Assembly (NCBI RefSeq): GCF_003704095.1
Contig: NW_020845694.1
Coordinates: forward strand, 434,001 to 498,000
DNA: 64,000 nucleotides
DNA from: Pocillopora damicornis
Taxonomy: Eukaryota
Direction of reading: 5' to 3'
Of the stretch, positions 35,986 through 48,900 are shown in pieces; position 1 is the first letter of the stretch, and the number at the start of each line of letters is the position of its first letter. Made by a program: the position numbers and the translations under genes. The notes beneath the pieces were generated by a model that was given only the letters and a program-made list of their open reading frames with translations, searched no databases and was not told the origin of the DNA.

Positions 35986-37446
35986 ATCACTGCCGCATGA
36001 TTTCCAAATGCTGACTCTATTTTACCCTGACCTATACTGACCCTATTTTACGCTTATATGTCATTTTGATTTCCATTTCAAGCCCAGCTCCACATATTGT
36101 GTCTGCAAGTTCCACATAGTTTGCGTTACTCAGGGCTCTTTCTTTCTTATATATTTGAGTTTTGCATCAGTCCAGAAGACGAGGGCTAAAAATTGACTTC
36201 CACATTGCTGTTCGAATGAAATATTTTGCCAATTTCAATTGTGTTCCTCTACTTTCTGTCAATAGTTGAAAAGATGAACACGTGAATGCATATTCCTAGT
36301 TCTTTTCCAAACCCTACCTGATTTAACACCGTAATGATCAAAGTCCTTAACCCCTTCCATGTCTCCCCTATCAGTTACTTTTAACAGTTAGGCTGACGGT
36401 TCTGACGGACGTGGATAAGCCATAGATAGACTCTCTAACGCGTCTAACGTTTACGAGGAAGATAAAAAGACGGCGAACAGATGCTTCTGTCTGTGACTGG
36501 TTAATTTGAGAGCTTTGACGGTCACATTGATATCCACGGTAATTTTTCAAAGTCTTTTACACGGTAAATTTTAAAACACTTATTCGAATTCAAACGGTCC
36601 CGCAATTAAAACTGTATATTAACACACAGTTTTTGTTGACACTAGCACGCAGACGTTATACTACAGGAAAATGATCATAAAAAAATTGGAAAGTCTCAAG
36701 GAGGTGTTATCTCTGACAATTGACTGTTAGGAATAAGCCACTGTGGCAATGGACAGTTTTTTATAGAATGGCAGTTTATCGATTGTTATCAATGTTTTAA
36801 TTTTTTCATAAAAGGATAATAACTGACATTTTGCTAATGTTGAATGGTGACAGGCGAAGTGTATAGTGGTGACAGACCTGTCATATTTCCTATGCGGTCA
36901 TCGCAACTTGAAGTTCCATTGAAAGAACATTGAAACGTCACTCCACTGGTTATCAAACATTCGCTAAAGAGATCGAATATAAAAAGAGTTGCAGAATATA
37001 TCGCTACTCGTCTTTGTTACCTCTTAGATAACCAAGGGAGCATTCTCACCTGATTTTATATAAAAAATAAACATGTAAAATTAAACATGGTACACTAAGA
37101 ATAAGTTGATTAAACTCAGACAGATCAAAAAGTTGAAGTTGGCGGCAATCAGTCCAGTGTCGGACGTGCTGTTTATCTTTAAAACGACTGATTAATGTCC
37201 AAATGGAACATATAATGAGGCAAACATCTCTTAGGCTAAAGCTTAACAAGTTTTTATTTTCCTATTCCGCCCAAAACAATTAATCTGTACAAATAATCAT
37301 ATAGTTATTTAAATCATTAATGTAGGTAGGCTAAGTATCTGTAGTCAGACAATCATCAAACTGAATCATGTTTAATTTTAATTAGAATGTACAGTTCCCT
37401 CAGCTGTACCTGAATTATCACGAAAACTTAGCTTTCTCAAATAGCT

Positions 37447-38406
37447 TTATATGGCTCGGCGTACTTGCGTATTTCTCCAGCAGTAAATAAAAGGATTTAC
37501 CGACGAGTTTATGAATACAATCGTTGTTGCATAATCATAAGCGATTTTTATCGACCACGTATAGCCTTGAATCGCTTCTACTGCACTGACTGCAATAAAT
37601 GGCAGATAAAACATCAGCATAATACCATAAAGATAAATTACGGTAGTGGCTGATTTTTTACAATTAAAAGCATCAACTGGGTTGTTTTGTGACCTGTTTC
37701 GTACGTTTCTCAAGTGAGCTATTTTTTTAATGTGGCTATTTATTTGGCTTTGATGTCTTCGTGCAATTTGATATATCTTCCACGTGCAAAATGTGGATGA
37801 AAAAATATTCACAACAACAAGAGAAACCGGAATGATGACCCAGTTTCGAACCCAAAACTTCAAAATGGTGACAATACAGCAAAAAACCCACACTGCTATC
37901 ATGGCTATCGTAATGCGGCACACTGTGATCGTGCTTTTGTATCGCAAGTGAAGCGTTAAGGCGAGGAGTCGGTCGACAGAAGCTGCACCGAGGATGATAA
38001 AGGACACACTCGAAGTTATCCATCCACAAAAGAACTCAATCATTCGCAAGTTACAATACGCGTTGAATTTTTTGAGACTCTCCGCTACCTTGTAGGCAAC
38101 GAATGAGGGCTGGCCAACAAATCCCACAAGAAAATCAGACGTTGCTAAGAAAAATAACAGAGCGAACGATGGCGAATGAAGTTCTCGTTTCTTCCAGATT
38201 ACGAGCATGACGATTCCATTTCCAAATACTGCAGACAGTGCAAAGACGCTGCTAAATAGACATGATATGACACTCACTGTGACATCGTGTACTGTCTTTG
38301 TCCAATATACTTCCATGAAGAAACATGTTAACTTATCGGTGGAATTCATGGTTGACGAATATGTGATGCCACTGATCTCAAATGGATCATACTGCTCCCA
38401 CGACAA
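37447..38406 (-). CDS. Single-exon orphan class A GPCR, 319 aa (alternative start 38349); C-terminus cut by a probable premature TAA
   Basis: 7TM; GNGIV, LATSD, SVDRL, FYLP, NPFIY; the frame continues past TAA as SYLRKLSF... to a stop at 37378-37380. Confidence 0.92.
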   Translation of the reverse strand: MSWEQYDPFEISGITYSSTMNSTDKLTCFFMEVYWTKTVHDVTVSVISCLFSSVFALSAVFGNGIVMLVIWKKRELHSPSFALLFFLATSDFLVGFVGQPSFVAYKVAESLKKFNAYCNLRMIEFFCGWITSSVSFIILGAASVDRLLALTLHLRYKSTITVCRITIAMIAVWVFCCIVTILKFWVRNWVIIPVSLVVVNIFSSTFCTWKIYQIARRHQSQINSHIKKIAHLRNVRNRSQNNPVDAFNCKKSATTVIYLYGIMLMFYLPFIAVSAVEAIQGYTWSIKIAYDYATTIVFINSSVNPFIYCWRNTQVRRAI

Positions 38407-38663
38407 TATGGCTTCATGGTTTCAAAAGCACAATTTTTTATATCAGTTTCACTTGGAAAGGCATTCACTTTGAGCACTCGATTTACAAACACGTGATTAG
38501 AAACGACAAGTTTAGTTAGATACGTCGTGTAAAACCCTGGAAAAGTATGAAAAGAGCGAGTGAGTAAATAATTAACTTTGACTGTTAAATTCTTCTGTGT
38601 ACACAATTATTTCGCTTGAAAATTAGAATTTCTCTATTCGAAAACCCGAGGGATGGATAGGAG
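38407..38663. promoter_or_regulatory. Candidate bidirectional promoter between the GPCR (-) and P4HTM-like paralog B (+)
   Basis: Two start codons point away from each other 257 bp apart (314 bp with the 38349 ATG); includes an E-box CACGTG near 38490. Confidence 0.45.
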
Positions 38664-41600
38664 ATGAGGTTTGTGTGGATATTTCGCGTATTTTTCATTT
38701 CCGTTTTTTTAAATGGGACCTGTGGTGATCGTGGTAATTTGAAGAAATTTTGGAAACCTTGTTTTGTCGGAGATCAAATAGAAAACACGTGCACCGATCC
38801 AAGTAACTCTTGTCACGGGAAATCAGACAAACAGTTCAAGCTTGTCCGCTTGGAGGGAGTGAAGGTAACTAAATAAATAGTTATTAATACGTATATGTAC
38901 CTAGAAAAGGAAACTGGCTTTTTTTCGGTGGAACTTTACATAAGTTCCGTAGGTCACCGGCTTGCTTTTTTTTTCGCTTTCTAATACCAGTTTCCAATTT
39001 GTTGGCACAGGTTGTTTTTTTTTGTTATTCTTAGCTGGTTGCTGGTTGCAAGTGCAGGTAAACAGAAATCAATCGAGAAAAGAGCTTTGTTCGTAAAAAA
39101 GTGAACCTGTTAACTCTGGTCTTCCCTCTCCGCTAAATTCGAGATTGTTTTTTTCCATGTGGCTTGTCACTGTCAAGTAATCGCGTTTTTCTACTTTGCT
39201 TACGCAATTGAAATCTCTCAGTATTTGATTTCCTCGATAAATTCCAATTCCCCTGTAGGTAGTTATCTTGAAATATAAAAGAGAATGAAATCACATCCAA
39301 ATGTTCATCAAGCGTCCTCGATTTATTTGTACTAGAAAACTTTGATCTCAGTAAAATGCACGTTCAGTTTTGACCAAATACGTAGGTGGGGCAAATCCAT
39401 GCAACAGCTTCATTTGAAGTTACGCGAATGCATTCAAAATCCACGCAGTGTATTCATAAAAATCGCCACCCGACATTGTCTACCAACTTAAATCTGTTTC
39501 AACTGTTTGTTTTAATTCATAACAATCCGAAGGTTGTTCCTCTCTTATGGACCGATTAAACTTGCCTCGCCATGCGAATCCCTCTACATCTCCATTGATT
39601 ATTCAGCCTTTGTATTCCGGTGTCAAGTTCACGATTCTTAAACCATTTTATTCAATTATTTGCTTTTGATTTAAGATAAAAAAGGCTACACAATCCATTT
39701 CAAAGGGTATAACTCTTTACTTTTAATTTACATCGTCTACGTACAGACAGGTCACGTGCAGTGGTTGGAAGTCGACGATGGGAGGAAGCCCGTAAAACTC
39801 ATCACTCGAGCAATGACACCATTAGTTCTTGGTATGTAACTCTTTCTCTTGAAGTTGTATTTGTGTGATCTTTTCTTTAAGAATTGTTTCGAATTAGATC
39901 AGTTTTAAGTAAGACACTGATAAAAGTAAGTGTTGACAACCAAAAGGAGAAAAAAATTTTGCGCCTGATATGGGACTTGAACCCATGACCCTCAGATTAA
40001 AAGTCTGATGCTCTACCGACTGAGCTAACCGGGCTCACAGAAATTTTCAACTGTGGAAATGAAAATTCCGTAAACTAGCAGCAGAGTAAGAGTTGGATTT
40101 GACTTTATTCTACATGCACTGCGCATAGTGGTCGCATCAGTTATCAACAGGGTATAGTTACGTTGCAATTGCACGGTGAATTTAGCTGAAAGTACGGTCA
40201 AATGCAACTCCTCTATAGACTTTCGCTCTCTGGTAACAAGGGCTCCCATATAATTTGATTAAACTTCATAACTGTTCGCATTGCATAATCATTCACCGGT
40301 TTATAGTTGCCATGCTGTTGTGGTATTCATAAAGTAGATGCGAAGGAAAATTAAAAGAAGCACACAAAAAAAGACTAAAACTATGAATCTGTCATTGTGA
40401 GGCTGTTGTTGTAGTCGCAAATGCCAACACCATGACATTATTTGGCTGCGAGGATCGACTCGACCGCAGTAGAATTCGGACAGCAGCTCAACAATTATGC
40501 ATTTTCCAGATGATCCACATTTCCAGCCTCTTGGATTGGACAATTAGAGAGAAATGGACTCTCGTTAACCCTTAGAGACAGTTCGCTGAGCTTTGATGGC
40601 CATTTATATTGCCACACTGCTCGCCTTATCAAACGTAGCTGCGACATGGATTAGGGTATATGTGTTAGGAAACCGAAAAATTCGATAGACTGGCGAATGA
40701 ATCAAAGTTAATAAATTCGTCCAGGGTGCTGGATGACGAATACATCAAACAAAATAACGTTTGCTGCACTGATTTCTCTTTCCTTCGTGGAAGGAGAAAA
40801 TAACCGCATGCTCACGGAGAATAGGTTCCCAAATGCTTTGGATACTCGATATTTTTTCGAAAGTTTTCTAATGCTCCCAGTTGTGATTTCGCTGTACGTA
40901 GAGATTCCCGACTTCTTGTCAGAGGAAGAGTGTGATCACATCATAACACTGGCAAAGGAAAGTGGACTCCAGACAAGTACTTCAGGATATTTCACCTACG
41001 ACGGAGACTTGGACGAGGAACTAGCCCTAGCTGGTGAGCTGGATCTAGAATTACGGAAAATGACCAAAACAATTTTCAGAGTTTAGATCAATTAATTTTT
41101 TTGAGCATTTTAATGAAGCAAAAAAATTTGGAAACGTGGTAAGCCGCAACAGGTGTGCGCAAGTCAGCTCATGACCCTGCTACACGTGAACAATGCAAAG
41201 AAATTAAATTGAGCCTTTTTTTGTCGGGATCAGATTCTTTTTTTCTCTTGAGTACTTTAACTGTATTCCAGCTCAACCATGATTATTAAAGAAGTCTAAA
41301 ATCCATTATGATATTGAGATATATTATGATATTGACCACACTCCACAATAAGCCAGCAGAAAACATCTCTCTGACCTATTTCTTTTAAGACAGTGACTGG
41401 ACTCTCGCGCCTGAGCAAGCATTTGCTGGAAACTACAGTCTTTGGGATGCAAATGGTGATGGTTCCATTGATGCACAAGAGGTACTGCATTTGGGAAGTC
41501 ACTTGCGTAATGTAATAAAATTAAAGTGCTCGGAGGTCTTATGATCGTTTACCAAAAAATCAAATTGCTTTTATTGTTGAAGGTGAAGGCATTTGCTGGA

Positions 41601-44600
41601 AAACACAAACAACTCTATCTGGATGATGAAGAAGTGCAAGAAATGTAAGAACATTTGACTGTAGTTGTTTTCCCTTTGTTAAAAAATAGAGCGTCCCGAG
41701 AATTTCGGCTCATTTTTGCAATGTAAGGAATAACCATAAAGGAGCATTTAAAGAGGAAATTTATGATTTAAGGATGAAGAAGAATAATACAGATTACAAA
41801 CGACGAACTTGAAGACGCTAGGCTTAATTTTATGACGACATGAACCCATGACCGCATTACTTTCTCAGGATTAGTAGAGTATTCAACTTATAAGTATTAC
41901 TCTAGTTTCAACAAGCAGTTGTCTATAACAGGTTTACACGGTTCTCAGGAGGTTACCTTGAAACGTGAAGGTAGGAAATGAATGAAGCCAGCTGATGAGA
42001 AAATGCAAGAGAAATCTCCTACAGAAACGTATAGGATTGTGCATTATAAAGTTTATCGTACCTTTGACGCTTCTTGACATTTGGAGAGTAAGGATGTTGC
42101 AATGGTGACAGCGCATGCTCTCTCGTGCTGCCGCCTGATTTCGATTCTCGTAGCCGGGGCATGTTTCCCAAAAGTACCGGCAACTTTATGGGCCGTTTCT
42201 TAATCAACGACTTTTTATCTTTTAGGGTTAAACACCTTCAAATCAATGATGAGCTCAGAGATGGTAGGTAAAATAAATAAAGATACGTGTAGACTTTCCA
42301 CAGAGACATGATCGGAACAATATAACCCTTGTCAACATAAATTTCTTATCACTCAAAATGTGAAAAGCTACCTCAGGGAAACTATCTGAACCATTTACAA
42401 AAAAAGAACTGAATGAATGTTTGTTAAATTTCAGGGAGAATAAAAGAGCAATTTTTCAACAAGTTGAATATCAACAAGATAATGCGGTACATGAATTTTT
42501 TGAAAGACAAAAGCCCACGCCATAGGTTTCGTTTTAGCCAGCAGGCCTGGTTACGGCAGGACAAAACCGCTGACCCTGTTCTGAGACGTCTTCATGAAAG
42601 GTATTTTGAAATTTGAGTCAATGACAAAATATTGCCAGGATGTGCGATTGAAATCAAGAGAGATTCTATAAGATTAAGTTTTGTAAGGTTTGGCGCATTA
42701 AATATCTATGTATTTTGTGTTAGGGTTATAAGGCTAACCAAACTTCCGAGAAGGATAGTCCAAGGGGGAGAACCAATGCAGGTAAATAACGATTTTGTGC
42801 CGATCCAGTTACTGTTTGCAGGATATTAGATATGCTAATCACATTTAGAAGGAAATTAAACTCCATAAATTTCATATCACTTGTAAAATGAAGTTAAAAA
42901 ATAATTCCTAGAATGATATAAAGCTTTCCCACGCCGGGAATCGAACCCGGGCCGCGGCGGTGAGAGCGCCGAATCCTAACCACTAGACCACGTGGGAACT
43001 TACTTAATCGCTAATAAATCGCTCCTGAAATTTCTAACAGTCTTAAAATAACGAATTTTTAATGATAATATACCAAACGGGTTGTTTGATTTCTTACTTG
43101 TTGAGACGAGTGTGCACGACAGCAGTGATTGAAAAGCCATTGAGTTTCCTACCTGGTAAAATGTAACCACTGCTACACGTGGAACCATTTCGAAGTCTTG
43201 TGAATTTTGAGAAAGTTTGCTATTTTTTACTTTTTAGGTTCTTCGTTATGAGAAGTTTGGTCATTATCACGGCCACCTGGATTCTACCATAAAAGACCCC
43301 ACAGTCCCTTGCTGTCATCAAAACCATCTCAGAGCACCCGACTGCAGAGTCTGTAGGTAAGATTTTCACCCTAGGAGGTTACTCGGGAAATGCATCTGAA
43401 AGAATGGCGAAGAATAAATGAAACAAAGAAAAAACTATAGTACTTACGAGCTGCGTACGAATGGACAAGAAAGCGAGTGAGCGAACGTTGGGTGAGAAAC
43501 AGAACGAACGAGTGATTGAGTGAGTGAGACTGAAAAGAGTTGTCAACCAGTCAGTCAGTGAATCAAAGTGTCAGTGTTTCAGCGAGTCAATGAGTCAGTG
43601 ACTCAGTGAGTTGGTGCGCGCACGCGTTATATGAGTGCGTGGATACGTGTATCAGTGATTGGATGCGTACGAATTATTGTGTCAGTGAATGAGTGACTGG
43701 GTTCGCACGAAACCTTTGGATTGAAGAGGAGTGAGTGATCTTAATGAGTGAATGAGTGAGCGAGTGAGTTTAATTTATGAGTGAATGATCGAGTGTGTAT
43801 TCGGGTGAGGGAGTGAGGATTATCATGGTTAAGTTTTGCTTATGGTGGGTCACGAGGTTTTTTAACTACCATGTGATATGACCAAATTTTCTCTTTCAGG
43901 TTTATCACTATTTTGTATTATCTTAACAATGTAGAAGAAGGAGGAGAAACAGCTTTCTTGATAGCTGATAACACTACAACCACTCCAGATGTAAGTAACT
44001 CAACTTTCCGCATACTCAAATTCGCAGCTTATACACTATGGGTAGCTTATTCAACAAGGATATCAACAACTGATCCTGATCATAGACAACGCAATTCTTC
44101 AAGGAAAAAAAAGGAAATGAAAAGAGAAAAAACCGTAGTTTCCAATTTGACAATCTTTTTCTTAATGAACAAAGCAACCTAATGGTCTTTCATAGAACAC
44201 AAATACAGAGGCAGGTAAGGGATACTGATTCATTTTTTCCTCCTAGATCTCTTTCCTAAATATTAAATATTAAGTCTGAATTTTACTAAACAAAGAGATA
44301 TATCATATTATTTAATCTTGAAGATCATAACATGCTAATGAATTATTTTTTTGCGTAGAAGTACTGATCTTAGAGTGCTAAAGCTCTCGATGCATACTTG
44401 ACCTTGCTCACTAGAGCGCCGTATATGTAGGCGACCTCTTCGTATGATATTTCTTAGTTTACCCTTGGCTTAAAATATCAGTAACAGCATGTCCCTGAAG
44501 ACTTTCTGCAGTAAACTGCGGCATCGTCTTGAAAAATTTTTACCCAAAAAATATGCATAAGAAAGTGAGTCGTGTTTGCACTAAAACGCAAGCACAGCAT

Positions 44601-44958
44601 GCACACAACTAGTAGTGTTGTATGCATCGAGCTTCAAGGGGAGTTATTCTTTCCTTTGTTTGATTTGGATTATTTTCAGGAAATTGAAAATTCAAAAGCC
44701 GCGACAAATGAATTCAATCTCAGCATCAATTGTCATTCAGCGAACCTAGTACTACCTCCAATGAAGGGCACGGCCATTATGTGGTACAACAATTTCATCG
44801 ACCCAGACAGTGGTCTGCTCGGAGCAGTGGACCGCTCCACGTATCATGGAGGATGTGACGTCATCAAGGGAGAAAAATGGATCGCTAACAATTGGCTGAC
44901 AGCGCCAACCAAATACTCAAAACACATCAAGAGCATGTTTGATACAGGATTTGATTAA
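38664..44958 (+). CDS. P4HTM: P4HTM-like EF-hand prolyl 4-hydroxylase, paralog B (11 exons, 440 aa)
   Basis: GT-AG exons 38664-38864, 39747-39831, 40902-41033, 41390-41481, 41583-41644, 42226-42263, 42435-42600, 42724-42781, 43238-43356, 43900-43990, 44680-44958 join in frame (1323 nt). EF-hand DANGDGSIDAQE, HYHGHLD (HxD), YLNNVEEGGETAF, YHGGCDVIKGEKWIANNW. Confidence 0.95.
39962..40034 (-). tRNA. trnK-UUU: tRNA-Lys (anticodon TTT), antisense in intron 2 of paralog B
   Basis: GCCCGGTTAGCTCAGTCGGTAGAGCATCAGACTTTTAATCTGAGGGTCATGGGTTCAAGTCCCATATCAGGCG; a T-run follows; one C-A mismatch in the acceptor stem. Confidence 0.9.
42926..42997 (-). tRNA. trnE-CUC: tRNA-Glu (CTC), antisense in intron 8 of paralog B
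   Basis: Intact 72-nt cloverleaf TCCCACGTGGTCTAGTGGTTAGGATTCGGCGCTCTCACCGCCGCGGCCCGGGTTCGATTCCCGGCGTGGGAA. Confidence 0.96.
43470..43820. repeat. Degenerate (GAGT/GAAT/CAGT)n tetranucleotide microsatellite
   Basis: Runs such as GAGTGAGTGAG and GAGTGAATGAGTGAGCGAGTGAGT in intron 9 of paralog B. Confidence 0.75.
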
Positions 44959-45345
44959 AACTGGTGAAAACAAAAATGTTAAATTAGTTTAGCTTGTCTT
45001 TATAAGCCTATCGTCTTTCTTGCTCAGATAACTTTTATTTAGAGACAACCAAAATCCTCCACCCCTCTCCGGCGATGAAGAATGGCCGGTCTCTAAGATA
45101 AATACTTAATGTTGATTCTCTTCATTGATACTTACCCATCATTATATTCATGAGCTCAGCAAAGAGAGATGTTGTTTTTATTTTGCTTTTCTTTTTCTGT
45201 TGTTTTGTTGTTTTAACTTTTACTTTTTTATGTTTTTGTTGTTGTTTTTTTCTCCTTTGGGTTAAAATATGTGGATACTAGCTATGAAGGTAAATCGTTC
45301 GCACAAAAATTAATAACCAGTTCAGAAGACAATCAAAATGAAAAG

Positions 45346-45417
45346 TTCCCACGCCGGGAATCGAACCCAGGCCGCGGCGGTGAAAGCGCCGAATCCTAAC
45401 TACTAGACCACGTGGGA
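45346..45417 (-). tRNA. trnE-UUC: tRNA-Glu (TTC), possibly impaired
   Basis: 72-nt cloverleaf between convergent paralogs B and C; D-loop GG is changed to AG (TAGTAGTT) and the T stem has a U-G pair. Confidence 0.85.
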
Positions 45418-45965
45418 CTTCTGATATTAATAGCCATTTTATTAGACCCAAACCTGATCATCAGGACATTGTCCTAAGATATTAGGATTAGGATAGGATA
45501 TCAAACATGCAGCCCTAAGTAAAATACTCCCCGAATAAGAACGTTCGCCATGCCTAAATTATTACATGGTATAGCAAGTTTGGATAAATATCTACAAACA
45601 AGACATTAAGTTACAGAGTTTATTTTGGTTGTCAAAATATAAGGATACGAGTTTAATCACTTTGGTTCGTGGTTTCCCCATTCAAGCCTTTACAAATTTA
45701 CATTGTGAGCGGGGCGTGAGTCACTATACGCGTTTTATACTAGATATTAGGTAGAGGGAAAAATGATTCACTCCCTTATCTTAGGTCGAAGGCTTGTGAC
45801 GTAATAGACTTTAGCAGCCCTTAAAACAAAACAATCGGGAATCATCAAAGCTTATAAATGACTGATTTCCTCTTTTCCCGTCTGCTGGATTGTAATCAAT
45901 CTTTGGCGATGTGGAGGGGTGTTTCACAGCGGATTTTTTTTCTAAGAACTTTTGCTGCCGCTTTG

Positions 45966-48900
45966 TCAATCAAACCCAACATCATAGGCACTCTTAAAAT
46001 GTCTAGAGTTTTTTGTTGGCGCTGTTAGCCAATTATTTGCAATCCACTTTTCTCCTTTAATGACGTCACAACCACCGTGAATCGAATTGACATCCAAGTC
46101 CCCAAGAAGTTCACTGTCCGGGTCAATAAAATTGTTGTACCACATGATGGCAGTACCTTTCTTGGGCGGGATAACAAGATTAGCCATTTGACAACTGATA
46201 CTCAGATTGAATTCGTCTGATTCGGGATTCGGCAGCTCCTGAGTCAAATTTTACAATAAAGTATTAGTCATTATATGTACTAATATTTGACGATATATAA
46301 GTAATCTCTTATTTTGAAGTTGTTCGATTTGAGCACATTTGGATTGAGTGTCTTAAGAGAAACAGCCAATCAGAAAAATGCAAAGGGACAAAATGAAGAA
46401 AATAAGAAATCACGATAAAAATAGAAGCCTGGGAAAATCTGAGTGACCAAACCGCCATTATTTGGAAATGAAGTTCGAGTCTCCTATAGCGTGTACGTGA
46501 GAAAGAAATTATTCAAATTACAAATTTAAAGTATAACTTACGGTACGGACCGGTGTGCTTGCAAACGGTCAAAAAAACAAAAATCATAAAGATGATAGTG
46601 ACTAACAATAGAGGTCAATTCCACAAAAAATTGAACTGGACATTTAATTCTTAGGGTAGAACTAACCTCTTACCTTAAAAGTTATCGTGGAATTATCCGC
46701 CAGAGGAAATGCTGTTTCTCCTCCTTGCTCTACGTCATTGAGGTAATACAAAATAGTGACGAATCTGAGAAACAAATCAAAAAGAGCATATCTGTTTGAA
46801 TGAATTCAAAATTACCCTAACACGTAAAGAAAATATCTGCAAATGAGGTATAATTAATTTATAGCAAAGCAGCTCAGCTCACCTGCAAAGTCTACACTGA
46901 GGCGGCCTTAGATCCACATTTTGATGACAGCAAGGGACGCTGGGATCCATACCAGAGTCAAAGTGCGCATGATAGTGACCTGATGTTTGGTAGCGAACGA
47001 CCTGAGAATGACACAAATCAGATGTCTGATGAGAAAACTTGAAAACGTGACCATTTCCACGGCAGTGAATCTAATTTTAACCAATTATTTTCATACTTTG
47101 TGAATAAAGTGGTTCCAAAATAGACGCGAGGTGCTACAATCATAGGAAGGGGTAAACTTGAAATAAAATGTAAAGTGGCACGATATAAGATTATCATGAT
47201 CTATTTTTTTTTTTACCTGCATTGATTCACTACCTTGAAGCAATTTTCTTGGGAGCTTCGTTAACTTAGCAATTCTGCAACAAATAAGACATTTACATTG
47301 TTAATCTTACCCATAAATAATGGGCTACTGATTGAGGTTTGATTTAATGGACTTACAAGTCCAATTTACGATTTTCTCCTTCAAGTCCCCATATTTACTC
47401 ACGATCTGCCGTCAAAAAATGTGTTTTTTGAATTTTTTTTTATACCGTATACTAACCTTTCATGAAGGCGTCGTAAAATGTGGTCAGCAGTTTTGTCTTG
47501 ACGTAACCAAGCCTGGTCGCTGTACCGGAATTTATGTTGGGGACTTGAGGTCCTCAGAAAACTCATATAGGAAAGAAGTTTCTTTACATTTCCGTCACTT
47601 AAATAATTGGTGGTAATTTTTTCTAGGAGCAATTAAGGTAAATGCACGTTATAAGTTTCACTTGGAACAATCAAGTAAGGTTTTTAATAATTAAACTTTA
47701 TTATCAAGTTATTTCCTTCTAGTCCATGACCCGTATAATTTGAGGCTAAGGAAGAAGTGCTATCGACTTAAAACTTTGTTATTGACTGAGTCACTTTCCA
47801 ATTGGACTTCACGTGACACAGTTCATTCCCAGGTCCAAATCTAATTCACTTACTCTATAATTAGGATTTCGCTTCAAACGATAGTACGTAGTCAGTACTG
47901 GATCAAAGGCACAATTCAATTCTTACTTATTTACCTTCGGTATTATCATCGAATGCCAACCCACAGCTTTCTAACCTTGATAAAAAGAAATATTCCACAA
48001 ATTGTGACTCATTGATATCATACCATCCATTTGCTTTGAGTGAGACTGAGAGGAAATTTTAATTCGTCACATGTTAGACCATTTTCATACTCACATTTGA
48101 ACTATTTCCTCTTGTTTCAAGTGAAGTGATTTATACATCTTTGCAAATTTTCTGATCTGTGAAAAAAAAAGAACTTTTATGGGCCAAGTGAGCTATGATT
48201 TTAATGAAAACTTAAAACAAAAAATGAAAATGCTCGTGTGTTCAGATCGCAGAGTCTTATCTTCCCCTTAGGCTTCAGGAGAATTTTCGAGTGGGCATCG
48301 GGAGTAAACAGAAATTGCATCTGTTTTGCTTTAAAACGCTCTCTGATTGGTTTACGAAACTGTCCCTGTCCCCTTGGGTTTGGTTCTTCGACACTCAATC
48401 TAAACACGTTTTATCATCCAGTGAGAGGTGTCAAAAATGGCTGTGAAACACGATAATTTTTCATATAAATTATATATTTGGCGTAATTTAAAAGGTAATT
48501 CTTGTGTTATCATGCTACTACACTTACTTTTGTTGACAAGTTCATTTATAATCAATCATATAAATATTCAATATTCATTTAAAGAAATTTCCATAATTTA
48601 TCTTACCTCCTCTATATCAACAACATTATCTTTGTTTCTATCCCAGACGTTCAAGTCTCGTGCAAAATAATCCTCTTTGTCAAGAGTTGTATTTCTGTCT
48701 TGAAAGAAAACTAGCAAAAATTACTATCACATACTATGTAAACGTCCATACATTCATAGAGAGCTTACGTACATATTTCGATAATCCCGCGAAATTTCTC
48801 CAATTAATTCTCAGCTTTAAATCATACAGTGGGCGTGGGAGAAAAAGTTCAACCTCCTTTGCTTTTGAATAAAAATTTCATACCAAACTTGCATTCTGAT

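Noticed and set aside
16146-38473. Short overlapping or antisense ORFs over the GPCR genes (e.g. 16146-16418, 22253-22480, 32397-32678, 38207-38473)
   Set aside because: Shadow frames of the real receptor ORFs with no independent protein motifs.
44572-44958. 128-aa ORF (and similar ORFs at 1377, 40733, 45966, 52514) as standalone genes
   Set aside because: They are exons of the spliced P4HTM-like genes with intronic read-through at their ends.
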